From positions 248,001 through 312,000 of the forward strand of contig JAIVFI010000030.1 of assembly GCA_025558095.1 (NCBI GenBank): DNA of 64,000 bases, in the 5' to 3' direction. Below the pieces are notes generated by a model, which was not told where the DNA came from, searched no databases, and was given only the letters and a program-made list of their open reading frames with translations. Both the position numbers and the translations under genes were made by a program. This DNA is from Hyaloraphidium curvatum SAG 235-1 (Eukaryota > Fungi > Monoblepharomycota). Of this stretch, positions 33,657 to 47,438 are shown piece by piece. Position 1 is the stretch's first letter; each line of letters opens with the position of its first letter.

Positions 33657-36013
33657 ATGCTACGCGCGCTTCCTACTCTGGAGGTGGATCCCGCGCTGCC
33701 CTTTCTTTGGTGGGGGAGCTGCTCACCAGGCCCCGCGGCATCCGTCTCCAGTTTCCCAACCAAGGAGGCAGCGGGCGGAAACACGAGTATGAGATTCTGC
33801 AGGAGCTCGGAGAAGGGTCATTTGCCAGGCAAGAAGCGTCCACAATTCCCCTCCGTTCGGCAGAACCCCTGAACGCCGCCCTCAGGGTGTACCTCGTTCG
33901 GGACCGCCGGTCCCGCGCCCTGTATGCCGCCAAAGTGGTCGACAAGAAACGGAGCAGCGATCCCGCGGCCATAAAAAAGGAGATCAGCATACACGCTTAC
34001 CTGAAGCACTCCAATATCATCAACCTGATCAGTTCGCACGAGGACAAGGATTACATCTACCTGTTGATGGAGTACGCGTGTGGCGGCGAGCTTTTCGACC
34101 GAATCGGTATGGCTTGTGGTTGTGGCCACCATTCGGGCAGCTCAGACCGTCGGTCACATGGCAGCGCCCGACGAGGGGCTGGAAGAGGACCTTGCCCACT
34201 TCTACTTTGTGCAACTCGTGGACGCCGTGGTGCGGATCCCTGCACGCACGGACCGCGGTCTCCATTGACCATGAATGCCATGGCAATAGGAATATCTGCA
34301 TGGAAACGGCGTTGCTCACAGGGACTTGAAACCTGAGGCGGGTCGCTGGTGCTTCGCAGTTGAATGTTCTTTGGCTGATGGCACTGGCCACGCAGAACAT
34401 TCTTCTCGACGACCAAGGTCGTTCTTCCTGTGAAGATCGCAATGTTTTGGTCTCTGATGGCATCCTTGTCGTGCAGGCAATCTGAAGCTCAGCGACTTTG
34501 GTCTCGCGAGTGTCTTCCGCTATCAAGGCAAGACAAGGATGCTCAAAACGGCGTGCGGCACGCCACCTTACGTCGGTAGGAATCAGATCGCACGGCGGCA
34601 CTGCGTCGCCGTCAAGCTGACCCGGGGTAAAGCACCGGAGATCCACCAGGACCAGTACGCTGCCGAGCCTGTGGACGTCTGGTCCACCGGTGTAATCCTC
34701 TACGTTCTGCTCGCTGGCAGTGAGAAAGGAGGCTTCCTGATCTGCAAACCCGCTGATGGTCTCCTCTTCGTCCACGTCAGACACGCCGTGGGACGAACCG
34801 ACCGGGAGGAGCCCGGAGTTCGTGGCCTATGCCTCGAACCCCAATCTGGACTTTGATCCGTGGTGCCGATTCTCTCCAGAAGCACTCTGTAAGTGCATCG
34901 AGGACCATGGCTGCGAGTGCGCTGTCGCCTGATTGCAACTGCAGCACTCGTGCGCAACATGCTGTCGATCGATCCCCGGACGCGATACACGATCGCGGAC
35001 GTGAAACACAGCGCTTGGTACCGGCGGTGAGCGCGACCCCAGTGACGCATTGGGCAAAGCTTAACTCGGGCTCTTGCAGACCGAATCGGATCATTGCTGA
35101 TGGTAAGCGAATGTGTCGCGCTCTCCACCTGTTTGGGCTCAGCTCGCCCGGCTTCCAGGCAAATCCGCCAACGTCGACTACTTGATCGAGAGGCTGAATG
35201 CCGCAAACACCGACGATGTCTTGGAAGAGACACCTCCGTTCGTGCTCGTTGATGCTTCTGGGGCTTCATTGATTGACTCGGCCCCGAAATCAGGATCTCG
35301 TACTCGCAGCCGGATATGGTCATGGCAGGCGACGACAACGAACGCGGCATGCCCTCCTTCTCCCAACCCATCTTCCGGCATCACCTGGAAGATTCCCTGA
35401 GTCAACCTACACAGGGCATTATGCAAACTCATGTGGGTGTTGCTAGAGACCCTGAGCATTTGCGGACCGTTGAACTTTGCCGCTCGATCAGTCGCAGGCG
35501 CAATCACGGCTTGCCGTGGATCGGCTCATGCGCTTCTTCAGGTATGTCAAGGGGGTAGGGCAGCCTGTGGAGGGCTTGAGCTGACGTCACACCAGTGCTC
35601 GCCAAGCGGACGAGACCTTCCGGTGGCTGACGGCGATCCTGGACGAGATCTTGGTCCCGCACAAGGCGCAGAACAACAAGGTGGGTCAGAAGATTCAGGT
35701 GCCTGACGCTGCCAACCATCAGCTCACGGCTTGTTGTGCTGACCGCAGATCACGTTCAACACCGTCGACAAGCGCAAGTGCCCCTTGCGCGGCGACATCC
35801 GCATCCAGCAGCTTGGGCCTCACCAGACGTTGGTTTGCTTCAAGAAGAGAAAGGTAGCCTTGACCGTCCTCTTGCCTGTGTGCGACTGTGCTAATGCGCA
35901 TGACAATCGACCAGGGCGACCCAGTGGAGGCGCGGCGCTTCTTCAAGCACTGCCACGCGGCTTTCCTCAACTTCCCCGATCAGAGCCAGGGCGATGCGAT
36001 GGATGTGTCTTGA
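33657..36013 (+). CDS. CHK1: Checkpoint kinase Chk1
   Basis: LGEGSFA, HRDLKPE|NILL, DFG, CGTPPYV|APE; C-terminal DKRKCPLRG...KRK|GDPVEARRFFK (Chk1 KA1 tail); start uncertain. Confidence 0.85.
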
Positions 36014-36655
36014 ATCTCGGGTTGGCCTTGGCGGAGGCTTTATTGGTTGCAACACCATGTTGCTCGAAGCCGATCTGCGTATGGTCTGGTTGATCTCCCC
36101 TCCATGACATGCTGCTCTTTCTCTCTGTTGTTGTATTTGTCTGATAATTGAACATTTCGTGTGGCATTCATTCTTTCACCATCCGCAATGACATCGGGGT
36201 CCGTAATCCTTTCGGTGATCGTATCCTTTTAACTCGGCTGCCAATCGAGGCCGTCACGGGCGGCTCGCTGCAAAATGCGCTTTCGTCCCGCCAAAACGTT
36301 TCCCATGGTATCCACGCTCATTGCTGCGATCATCACTTTTGCCTGTGTCAGACCTTGTTTGCTCGTCGCCGAACTCGGCTCCTGCCATGCGATTGACAAG
36401 ACTCGCACAACGATCGTCGCACACTCACCCTGACAAAACAGCAATGATTCGGCTGGCATCGGGGTTCCGTTAGGGTTAGGGTACGGTGGGCTGGACGGGG
36501 ATCCAAGTGGAGGCGTCAACCCTAGGTTCAAGCAAAGCAATAGGAGAGGGGTAGACTTGACATTTTCGTCGTCATCACATCCATCTGTGTACATCTACGT
36601 GCCAATGGCATCCGTTGCCGCGGCACTTGTCCGCTGTCCGCGTCACCGCACACGT

Positions 36656-38888
36656 CTAGAACTTGAGCGGCCTGTGAAATCCAAAGTCAGCTTCGAGGTC
36701 CCTCCGCCGAGCAAAACACTGAAACAAACCTGCTCTGTTCCCACGAGAACTCTTTTGCGCGTTTCGTTGTGGTGGAGGTGTTGGGGTGAGGTGGGCGAGC
36801 ATGGCAGACGTACCGGGACCCGATCAGCGACCCAAACCAACACCAAACCCTAACAACAAAAACCCACCGGGACGCCCAAAGTGGCCGTAGGCAGCGGTCT
36901 GCGAGTAGATGGGACGGAAGAGGTCGAGGTCCCTGACGATCGCACCGGGGCGGAGGTCAAAGTTGTCCTTGATGATCTTCAGGATCTCGGCGTTGCTCTT
37001 CTTGCCCGTCCCGTACGTGTCGACGTAGACTGCGGGCGCCGATGCGAATCAGCAGCTGCAACGTGGCACCTCGGCCGCACTCGAGACCCACGGGACACGG
37101 GTTCCGCGACACCGATCGCGTAGCCGACCTGGACAAGGCAGCGGCGAGCGAGGCCGGCGGCGACGATCGACTTGGCGACCCAGCGCGCCGCGTAGGCGGC
37201 CGAGCGGTCGACCTTGGAAAAGTCCTTGCCCGAGAAGGCACCGCCGCCGTGGGCACCCCAGCCGCCGTACGAGTCGACTGCGCGACGTCAGAGAACGAAG
37301 ATCGCGGCCAGCAGAACGCTCCCACCGATAATCTTGCGGCCAGTGACACCGGCATCACCCTGGGGACCGCCAATGACGAAGCGGCCCGAGGGGTTGAGGA
37401 AGTACTTGGTGTCCTTGGTCAGCAGGTTCTCCGGGATCACGGGCTGCCAGGCAGCTGTTAGCCAAGGCCAGATAAAACCAACGGCACGCGATTCCACCTT
37501 CACGACCTTCTCCATCAGCTCAGCCCTCAGCTGCTCCTGCTCAATCTCAGGTCCGTGCTGGGTCGAGATGACGACGGCATCCACGCGCTTGGGCACCGGC
37601 ACACCATCCTCCACGACGTACTCGACGGTGACCTAACACAGATCGACCAATCAGCGACCTCGTTTCCTTCCCTAGTGTTCCGATCGCCCGAACCTGGGTC
37701 TTGGTGTCGGGCCTCAGCCACGGGCAGACGCCGTTCCTCCGGGTCTCGGCGAGCTTCATGTTCAGCTTGTGCGCGAGCATGATGGTCAAGGGCATGAGCT
37801 CGGGGGTCTCGTCGGTGGCGTATCCGAACATGATACCCTGCCGACAATCGGTTGATCAGGACGGGAACAACAAGGCCGTCCCGCAGGCAACCGACCTGGT
37901 CACCGGCACCGATGTCCTCCACATTGAACGAGGTCTGCACGAGACCCTGGGCGATATCGGGGGACTGCTGCTCGATGGCGACGAGCACGTTGCAGGTCTT
38001 GTAGTCGAAGCCTGGCCCGCCACGACAATCTGAGCCCCAAACGCCCTGGAGAGCACCGTCGCCGCCACGCACCCTTCTCCGAGTCGTCGTACCCGATCTT
38101 CTTGATGGTGTTGCGGATGATCTTCTGGTAGTCCAGGTTGGCCTTGGTCGTGATCTCGCCGAGGACCATGATCATGCCCGTCTTGGTCGCGGTCTCGCAG
38201 GCCACGCGGGAAAACTTGTCCTGCTCGAGGCAAGCATCGAGGATAGCATCCGAGACCTGATCGCAGATCTTGTCTGTGGCCAGGGGCGTCGCAACGAGGG
38301 GGGTGGCCGGCGGGACGGAGAACACGGCAGTCGAGTAAGCACCCGCTGCTACACGGTCCGATCACGAGCGACCGACCGGGGTGTCCCTCGCCGACAGACT
38401 CCGACGTGAAGAGGAAGCTCTCGGGGGCGGCGGCGCTGTAGGGCGAAGGGCGGCGGAGTCGAGTCAGCACTGATCAAGGTGCGGAACCCCGAGCGCGGGC
38501 GATAGCCCGGCCGGCGAGGCCCGCAAGCGCGCGAAAAGACCGTCTCGTGGAAGGGAGGCGCCGTGCGCCGTGCCCAGCCAGTGGCCAGGTAGCCATGGCC
38601 ACGTCCTAGCGCTCCGCCAACTTCGCAGCGGATTCCCGATTGCCCGATTGATCCAGGCCGCAGAGGCCCCGATCCCGAGCCGGCAAACGAATCCCGCGCG
38701 TTATTGACCTCTCCGCAGCAACCGCCCGTTTTCATGCGGGCTCCGGGCAGCTTTCGGCGAGCGTCCCGGGCCAATGTTTGGGGCACGTGCACCGGCAGAC
38801 AGCGCTCCCCGTCCGCCGGCGGCGGCGCCTGGCCGACGCCGAGAAGAAAAGAGCCGAAAGGCATTGTTACGTACCCGTTGGTGGCCAT
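36656..38888 (-). CDS. SAM1: S-adenosylmethionine synthetase
   Basis: [13 protein letters not shown]|DKICDQVSD; GAGDQ|[11 protein letters not shown]; [23 protein letters not shown]. Confidence 0.96.
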
Positions 38889-39600
38889 TGCAGCGGAATG
38901 CGGGCGGTAGAGGGAGCGTGAGCTGACGACTTTTGTTCCAAATGGCGCGTTCGCGCTGGCTCGCGCGCGCCTCGCCAGCCCGCACCGGGCTGAGGCGCCT
39001 CCTCCTCTTCCTCCCCCTTTCCGACGCCGGGTGGCCCAGTTATGAATGCATTAGTGCTAAGAGAGACATTCCGCGATCACAGAGATGTTGCGAGGCGCTC
39101 GTGGTGGCATGGGCCCACGTGGACCATGTGGCGAGTACGCGTCGACGCCCCGGGTAGATCGAACGCATTGCGCCGCCGATCAACCGGGGGGCCCACTCGC
39201 CTTCTACTCAGGAACACATTGGAGTGAGACGCCGTCCATTTCGCATGGTTTTGAGGTTCGGAACGATCCTCGCCAAAACAAGTGAGGAGCGTTTTTGCGG
39301 CGCCACACCGACCCGGGCCTGCCCGCCGTCGTCCCGAACCTCCCGCCGTCATCGCTACGTTTCGGCTCGCGCACAAATGGCCCCTGCACCCCTCCTTGTT
39401 GCCCCTTCTCTCATGTCTCGGAGTATGCCTCGCGCAGTCGCCGCTCGGGCGCGGCCTGGCGCTGCCTCCCAGGCCAGGGCCTGTGGGTGCTTTGCCTCTT
39501 CTCGCGCCACATTCGATATCGACCGCTCCCGCCATCTCTCCCCGCTATTGCGCCCATCTCATGCCATTTCGATCCTATACGATGGCTTTGCGCGCTCCCA

Positions 39601-41290
39601 GATGCCACGCCGGCCAAGATCAAGGTCGCAAACCCCATAGTGGAGCTCGATGGGGATGAGATGACCCGCATCATTTGGCAAATGATCAAGGACAAGCTCA
39701 TCCTGCCCTACATTGGTACGTTGCGACCGAGAGCGGACAAGCAGGAATGCCGACCCGCCCGCCTCCAGACGCCGACATCAAGTACTATGATCTCTCCGTC
39801 GAGTCGCGCGACAAGGTTGTGTCCAGCGGGCCTCCGATTCCTCGTTTCCTGACCGTTTCGCGACAACAGACTAGCGATCAGATCACGATTGACGCCGCGG
39901 AGGCGATCCTCAAGTACAATGTGGGGATCAAGTGCGCCACCATCACCCCCGACGAGCAGCGCGTAAAGGGTATGGTCGCTCGCGGAGCCCGAGTGAGAAG
40001 CCACTGATCCAGATTGCTGCTCTCCGTTAGAATTCAACCTGAAGCAGATGTGGAAGTCGCCCAACGGCACCATCCGGAACATCCTGGGAGGCACGGTTTT
40101 CCGCGAGCCCATCGTCCTCAAGAACGTCCCGCGCATCGTGCCCGGCTGGACCAAGCCCATCATCATCGGACGCCATGCTTTCGGCGACCAGTACCGCGCC
40201 ACCGACTTTGTGGTCAACGAACCGGGGAAGCTGGATATGGTCTTCACTCCGGCCAACGGCGGGGAGAAGCAGGTCTACACCGTTTACGAGTACAAGAGCC
40301 CGGGTGTTGCCATGGGCATGTACAACCTCGCGGATGTGGGTTTATCTCGGTGCGGGAATGTCGACGACGGTGACGAGCGCTGCGATAGTCGATTGCTGGA
40401 TTCGCCTACAGCTGCTTCCAGGTTGCCCTGGCCAAGAAGCAGCCTCTCTACCTGAGCACTAAGGCGAGTGGCGCCCCCGTGTGCTCAGTGGGGACGAGCG
40501 CTGACTTACGCTTCTTTTTCAGAACACCATCTTGAAGAAGTACGATGGTCGCTTCAAGGACATCTTCCAGGAGATCTACGAGAAGTATGTGATCGGTTTA
40601 TGCTTGTCCCCGGTAGTCTCGGGCTCACCAATCGAGTAGGGAGTTCAAGGCGAAATACGAGGCCGCCGGCATCTGGTACGAGCACCGCCTCATTGACGAC
40701 ATGGTGGCGCAGGCCCTGAAGTCGGACGGAGGGTTCGTTTGGGCCTGCAAGAACTACGACGGCGATGTGCAGGTGTGTTGCCTCGGTCGCGCGACGATCT
40801 CCAGATCGCTTGACACTGCCGCCCCGCAGTCGGACATTGTGGCCCAGGGCTACGGCTCTCTTGGTCTGATGACGTCGGTCCTGATCACTCCCGACGGCAA
40901 GACGGTGGAAGCCGAGGCAGCGCATGGTTTGTGACGCTCCTCTACGCAGTCGGCCAATGAACTAAGCCAACGCATTTGTCAGGTACCGTCACCCGCCACT
41001 ACCGCGTCCACCAGAAGGGCGGCGAGACCAGCACGAACTCCGTGGCCTCGATCTTTGCATGGACCCGCGGCTTGGAACATCGCGCGAAGCTCGACGGCAA
41101 CGCCGAACTGTCCAAGTTCACCGCCCAGGTCGAGCAGGCTACGATCCAGACGATCGAGAAGGACGAGATCATGACCAAGGACCTCGCTTTGGCAATCCAC
41201 GGAAAGAGCCTGAAGCCGACCGACTATGTGAACACGGCTGGCTTCATCGAGGCAGTTGCCTCGCGTTTGGCCAAGACGCGGTCAGCTTAA
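39601..41290 (+). CDS. IDP1: NADP-dependent isocitrate dehydrogenase (first exon upstream, not resolved)
   Basis: [18 protein letters not shown]; [22 protein letters not shown]; EAEAAHG|TVTRHY. Confidence 0.95.
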
Positions 41291-41467
41291 ACATACATGG
41301 ACTAGAGCATGGGATGGTGGGGCGCGATAGAGCAATAAATTGAATGCCGTGCTAGGGCATGCAATGCCATGATCGTCGGCAGAGTTCTGGCCTGTTCAGA
41401 GGAGGAGGAGGAGAAGTTTGATGACTCGTCCCGCCGGCGTCACTCCTCGCAATACGTCCCGCCCACG

Positions 41468-42744
41468 ATGCAGCAGCCTCCGATACCGATGCCCGGTGGA
41501 TTTCCCGCCCTTCCTTTCCCCTTCCCGTCTATGCCGGTTGCGGTTAACCCGAAGGCCGCACGCTATCCGAAACCGCCTGTACGTGTTCCGCCCTCCAGGC
41601 GCGTTACAAGGCCTCGCTGCCGCGACAACGCGGCGATGCTGGTGCTCCGGACTCTCTGCGTGATGCGGTGCCTCATTTCCTTGGGCCACGCAGAAACGAC
41701 CGCCGCCGACGGAATCGAACCGGACGCTTTATGTTCACAACCTCCACGACAAGAAGTCCAAGAGCTGTGCGTGTCAATCGACGCGCCATCCTTGAGAGAA
41801 GCTAAAAGCACGCCGTCTGCAGTGTTGACGAAGGAGCTCATGAGCATATTCGGGCAGTACGGCGACATCCTGGAGATTTCGGTGAAGAAGCGGCTCAAGA
41901 TGAGGGGGCAGGCCTTTGTCGTCTTCAAGGAGCTGGAATCGGCGGAGACGGCGCTGAAGGAGCTGCAGGGGTTCCCGCTCTTCAATAAGCCGATGGTGGA
42001 GCTCGTCTGGATGGCTGCGTTGGACGGGCTGCTCATCCGGTCGGCGGCCCCTTCCAGGACATCCAGTACGCGAGGGAAAAGAGCGACACGGTGGCGAAGC
42101 TGGACGGCACTCTGGAAGAGAACAAGAGGCTCCGGGCCGAGCGGAAAGGTTCGTTGCTCCGGAGGGAAAACCCCGGCATGCCTTTGACCGCCTGGCAGCC
42201 AATGCCAAGGACTCGGATGAGGAAGAGGAAGACGAGGACATCAAGGAAGAGTCGGAAGAGGAGGGCGAGGAGGGCGAGGGCGAGGAGGAGCGGCCGGCCA
42301 AGAAGGCCAAGAAGGAGAACCGGAAGGATGCTCAGCCGGCAGCACCGGCAGCCGCTCCCTTCGGTTAGTGGGCCTCGAAGAGGGTATGTCTTTCTACTGA
42401 CCCTTTTCCGCGCGACGCAGCTTTCCCGAACGCGTTCGGGTTCGCGCCGGATGGCCCGCCAAACAGCATCCTCTTCGTGCAGAACGTCCCCGCGGAGGTC
42501 ACCGAGGAGGCCCTATCGGCCCTCTTCCAGCAGTACCAAGGCTTCAAGGAGGTCCGTCTCGTGCGGCGGAACAACGTCGGTGGGTGCTGGAGTGTCCATG
42601 GCCTCCGCCGGGCTTCCCTGACGCGCCGTGGCAGCGTTCGTCGAGTACGAATCGGAAGGGCAGGCCATCGTGGCCAAGATGGCCCTCCACGGCTACAAGG
42701 TCACGGATGAGGCGCTGCTGTACGTGACGTACGCGAAGAAGTGA
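41468..42744 (+). CDS. U1A/U2B''-family snRNP protein (two RRMs)
   Basis: NRTLYVHNL; [12 protein letters not shown]; [11 protein letters not shown]; [24 protein letters not shown]; YAKK*. Confidence 0.9.
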
Positions 42745-42798
42745 TGCCGAGGCTCCACTACTGCAGCGACCGGGGGACGTGGTGTCCGCGTGTCGCGT

Positions 42799-43038
42799 TC
42801 ACTTCCGTTCGGCGGCATCCCTCGCGTCCAGTGCCCGACAGAGGCAGGCTACGCGTACGCGCAGCTTTTCATTCTCTGCACGGGCGAGTTCGAGTTCCTG
42901 CGCGAGCCGCCGCACGTCCTCGGCATCGGCGACGGGTTTCGGCGGGGCGGGTTCGGCGGCCGCGCCGACGAGGCTCTTTAGCAGCGCGGCTGTTTCTTCC
43001 AGCGACGCGATGGATCGTTCGACGCGTTCCGACGCCAT
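42799..43038 (-). CDS. Small coiled-coil hypothetical protein (79 aa)
   Basis: ATG in GCC-like context; ELELARAENEKLRVRVACLCRAL; fills the gap divergent from ARC40. Confidence 0.55.
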   Translation of the reverse strand: MASERVERSIASLEETAALLKSLVGAAAEPAPPKPVADAEDVRRLAQELELARAENEKLRVRVACLCRALDARDAAERK

Positions 43039-43109
43039 GTGTGCCGGGGTGGAGAGTGATCGATCGTGCTCAGCTTCCAACCACTGGAGTCGCCCTCCCC
43101 GCCGACGCG

Positions 43110-44628
43110 ATGGCGGCGACGGCCACGCCGGTCATCACCGAGCAGCTGCTGGTGCGCGAACCGCCGCCGCCCGCCGGCCGCGCTGACGCGTCCGCCGCAG
43201 CTCGGGCCCATCTCCGCGCACGCGTTCAACAAGGACCGCTCGCGTGCGTGGCCGCGCACCGCTCTACCGCCCCGCTGACGCGCCGCAGAGGTCGCCGTGT
43301 GCCCAAACAACAACGAGGTCCACGTGTACGCGCGGGGCAGCGCCGGCTGGACGCTGGCGCAGGTGCTGGGCGAGGTGCGGAACCCCCCGCCGCCCCCGGC
43401 GCCGCTGACAGGCCCGCAGCACGACAAGCTGGTCACAGGCATCGACTGGGCGCCTGAGTCGAACAGGATCGTGACGTGCTCGCAGGACCGGAACGCCTAC
43501 GTGTGGAACCTCAACCCCGCGTCGGGCCAGTGGGAGCCCACCCTGGTGCTGCTGCGCATCAACCGCGCGGCGACATTCGTTCGATGGAGCCCGAAGGAGA
43601 ACAAGTTCGCCGTGGCGAGCGGGGCAAAGACCATCGCCGTGTGCTATTTTGAGCAGGAGAACAACTGGTGGGTCAGCAAGCAGATCAAGAAGCCCATATC
43701 CTCCACCGTCACCTCCGTGGACTGGCACCCGAGCAACCTGCTCCTCGCCGCGGGCTCGACGGACATGAAAGTGAGCGGGAGCCGGCGGTCGTGTCGGAAC
43801 GGGAGCCGAACGCCCTCCCCCGCAGGCGCGAATCTTTGCTGCCTACGTAAAGGACGTGGACGAGAAGTGCGTGCCTGGTCGGGTCGGGCTGCAGCCGCTC
43901 GGGGCTCACACATCAGTCCAGGGCCAGCGGGGCACCGTGGATAGAGGGGCGCTTGACCTTCGGCCAGGTGGTCGCCGAGTACGACAATGGCCGCATGGGC
44001 TGGGTGCACAGCGTCGCGTTTTCGCCCAGCGGCGGACAGCTCGCATGGAGCGGTATGTTTCTTAAGCCGTTTCGCCGGCCGTCGTCTGATGTGACGCCGC
44101 GTCGCAGGGCACGGATCGGACGTCTGCGTCGTCGACGGAGCGACGAAGCAGGCCAGCTGGATCAAGACCGCCAACTTGCCTCTCCTTTCCCTTATTTTCG
44201 CCTCCGAGGACAGCATCATCGCCGCCGGGCACGACTGCTATCCGGCCTTGATCCGCAAGAGCGGGGCGAACTGGTGAGCCCGTCGCCCTCGGTTTCGCGC
44301 CCGCCAACCGTGCCCGACCCCGCAGGGAGTACGTGGATAAGCTGGACGGCGGCGACAGCAAGAAGGCCGCATCCACGGGGTCCACGGCGATGAACATGTT
44401 CCGGCAGATGGACAGCCGCGCCCAGGCCGCGGCCCCGGCCGAGTCGCTGCCGTCGGTCCACCAAAATACGATCACGTGGGTGCTTGCTCGGTCGCCCTCG
44501 TGCTCCAACGGTTCTCACGCGTTCTGCCGAGCAGGAGCGTGCGGAAGTTCGAGAGCTCGCCGGCGGGGGACGTGTCGAAGTTCTCGACGACCGGCGTCGA
44601 CGGATTGCTCGTCGTCTGGCAGCTGTAG
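43110..44628 (+). CDS. ARC40: Arp2/3 complex subunit ARPC1
   Basis: [27 protein letters not shown]; [13 protein letters not shown]; ENNWWVSK. Confidence 0.95.
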
Positions 44629-44810
44629 CGGATACCTAAACTTGGCGCAATTCATTCCATTGTTCTCCATGCTTGCTGCCGTTGGCCTCGTCCCAAGACA
44701 GATACCGAGGATAGGGCGGCGCTGATCGGCGGTGATGGTTGCGCGTCGGCCCGACCCCAAGCCCGAGCATCCCGCACTCTCGACGCGCGGCTCGGGCTGC
44801 TGCCGCCACG

Positions 44811-45896
44811 ATGGCGCTGCGCGAGGATGTTATCCAGAGCGCGGTCAAGTTCCTGCAGGACCCGAAGGTCCAGTCGTCGCCCTTGGCGCGGCGCATCGCC
44901 TTCCTGGAGTCGAAGGGACTATCGTCGGAGGAGATCGAGCAGGCGATGCAGCGGGCCTCGGGCGGCACGGGGACGACGACGGCGGTCGTGCCTGCCGCGC
45001 CCGGCGTGATGCAGCCGGTCGGGGTCCCGGGCGGCGTGCAGATGTACCCGGCCCCCGGGTACCCGGCATACGGACCGCCGATGCAGCCGCCGCCCCCGCC
45101 GCCAAAGGAGCGCGACTGGAAGGACTACTTTATTGCGACCACGATTGCTGCCGGCATCGGATACGGCATCTACATGTTCGCAAAGGTTCGTTTGGGTTCC
45201 CGACGCGGGTTGCCGTCTGCTCACGCCTTGCGGCCATCAGAACTACCTCGCGCCGTGGATCCAGTTCCCCGCTCAGGAGCGCCTCGATGAGGACCGAAAG
45301 CACATGGACGAGCAGCTGTCCACGGCGTCAACGGCTCTGACTGCGGTCAAGGACGAAACGACCTCGGTGATGAAGGCCATCGATAGCCAGGCGACGAAGG
45401 TCAACGAGGCCTTGTCGCTTGTGGAAACGACCTTGAAGGAGCTGAAGGAGGCGGACGACAAGAGGGACGAGGAACTGAGGAGCCTGAAGGACGACATCGA
45501 GAACATCAAGAACCTGATCCCCAAGGCACGTCTCTCGTGCTCCGGGATCGAGGGGAAGGCTGACTTTGCCCTGCGCAGATGATTGACAAGGGGAAGGAGA
45601 CGCAGAACCAGGTCCTCACGGATCTCCAGACCGAGATCAAGTCGCTCAAGAGCCTTCTCCTGAGTCGGCGCGTCGGGCCCGGGGGGACCTCCGTGCCGAT
45701 CGGTGGGGCTGGAGGCGAGGGCGAAACCGCGAGCGCTCCTGCTGCCTTGGTCTCTGCCCCTGCCGCCCCTGCCGCGGCGAGCCCTGCGCTTCCAGTGCCC
45801 AACTCCCTGCAGGCAAAGATTCCTAGCGTTCCCAGCATCCCCAGCTGGCAGCTGCAGGCGGACGCGAAGAAGGAGGAAAGTGCCGGAAGCTCGTAG
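44811..45896 (+). CDS. PEX14: Peroxin 14
   Basis: REDVIQSAVKFLQDPKVQSSP...FLESKGLSSEEI; RDWKDYFI; EIKSLKSLLL; SIPSWQ. Confidence 0.95.
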
Positions 45897-45954
45897 TAGC
45901 ATTTTGTCTCGACCCGACCATGACACCAGCTCTGTCTACCGTGTACATAAGCGA

Positions 45955-47438
45955 TTAATCCTCCACTTCCAAAATAGCCCTGTCCCGCTCCTTGGGACGC
46001 TTTTGCACAGTGTCCGAGTGCTTGCGAACGTTGTCCCGCTTCCTTTTCTGCGCAGACAGGATCTCCCGCTTCTCCTCCTGGGCCTTGATGATGGGTTTGG
46101 GCACGTGCCGCTGCCTGCAAAGGAACGAGAGTCAGTGACGCACCGCCCAGTCGACATGCCGAACCCACTTGTCGATGCGGCGGATCTCGGGAATGTGCTT
46201 GTATCGTTCCTTGATCTGCTTCGCGTAGTCCAGCGCGTTCTGCTCCCGCACGGATTTGACGCCGAGCTTCTCGGATGCCTGGGCTTTCCACAGGCGGATG
46301 TTGCCGTCGTCGCTACCGGACATGACGAACTTGGAATCCATGCTCCACTTGACGCAGAATATCCGCTGCATGCGCTTCGTGTGGTACACCTCGCGGCTGT
46401 GCCCGTCCGAATCCCGGAATATGCGGATGGACCTGTCGTACGAGCCCGTCACGATCTCCTTGCCGGTCGGCGAGTAATCCAAATCAAGGACGGCGGAAAC
46501 ATGATCTTTCATGACGTTGCGTGCCCGGTCCAGCTTCCGCATGTCGAACATGTAGCAGTTGTGGTCCTCGTTCGCGGCGGCAAAGTTGAAAGCTTCCATG
46601 GGATTCCAACAGATGGCATTGGTCTTCATGGCAAGCACGACCTTTTGGATTGGCGACGACGACCGCACGTCGTACAGCGTGATCGTCCGGTCCGAGCCCG
46701 CGCTCGCGAGGATATTAATCTCCGTTTGGTTGAACTTCACGGCGTTCACCGTTTCCGTTCCCCACTCAAACGTCCGGGTAGGCTCCGCCCGCGAGTGGTC
46801 CCAGATGTCCACGACGGAGCTCGCCGTGGCAAAAGTGGTCCTCGACCGGTGGTGGTCGACCGCATTGAGCGCCGCCTTGTGAGTGTACACGGCCGTGGGG
46901 GCCGTACTGCTCTCGTCCCATATCCGCACCGTCTGGTCATCGCCCACAGTAACGAACGAACCCTCAGAGAAGGGCACGATAGTGACGCCCCGGACGAAAC
47001 CCGAGTGCGCGTTTCGGTTCTGCCATACGGTTGCTCCAGACGCCAGGTTCCACAACCGCACCTCTGCAACGCAAAATATCATGAGTCGAGAGTACGTTCC
47101 GTGAAGAGACTAGCCCACCTCCGTCCGCGCTGCCCGAAGCGATCTTGCTGAGCTTCGTCGGGTGCTTTGCAAGGCAGTACACCCCGTCCACATGGCCCGA
47201 AAGCGCTCTGACAAAAGGTGCCGCAAAGAGCCGCTCCAGCTTCGTCGCGTTCAGGGCCCGTGTATACTCCCTCGCCCGCTCGAAGGGGTGGAGGGAGGGA
47301 TCGACGTTCTTCTGGGTCCGGAAGACATCGTTGCTCCGTTCCCGGACATGGTCCTCCGTCCGCCGCGATATTGCCTTGATTTTCTGCGGAACCATTGAGT
47401 CGGAGTCGGCCGCCAAGGGCCGTAGAGCTCCTCACCAT
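45955..47438 (-). CDS. SOF1: Sof1/DCAF13 WD40 U3 snoRNP protein
   Basis: M|KIKAISR; LHPFERAREYTRALNATKLERLFA; SREVYHTKRMQR. Confidence 0.96.

Noticed and set aside
36469-36481. TTAGGG telomeric repeat
   Set aside because: Only two units in a 3' intergenic region; compatible with chance.
38430-38875. METTL16-type SAM-sensing site at the TACAG acceptor of the long first SAM synthetase intron
   Set aside because: The sequence after UACAG (CGCC) does not match UACAGARAA and no convincing hairpin is visible.
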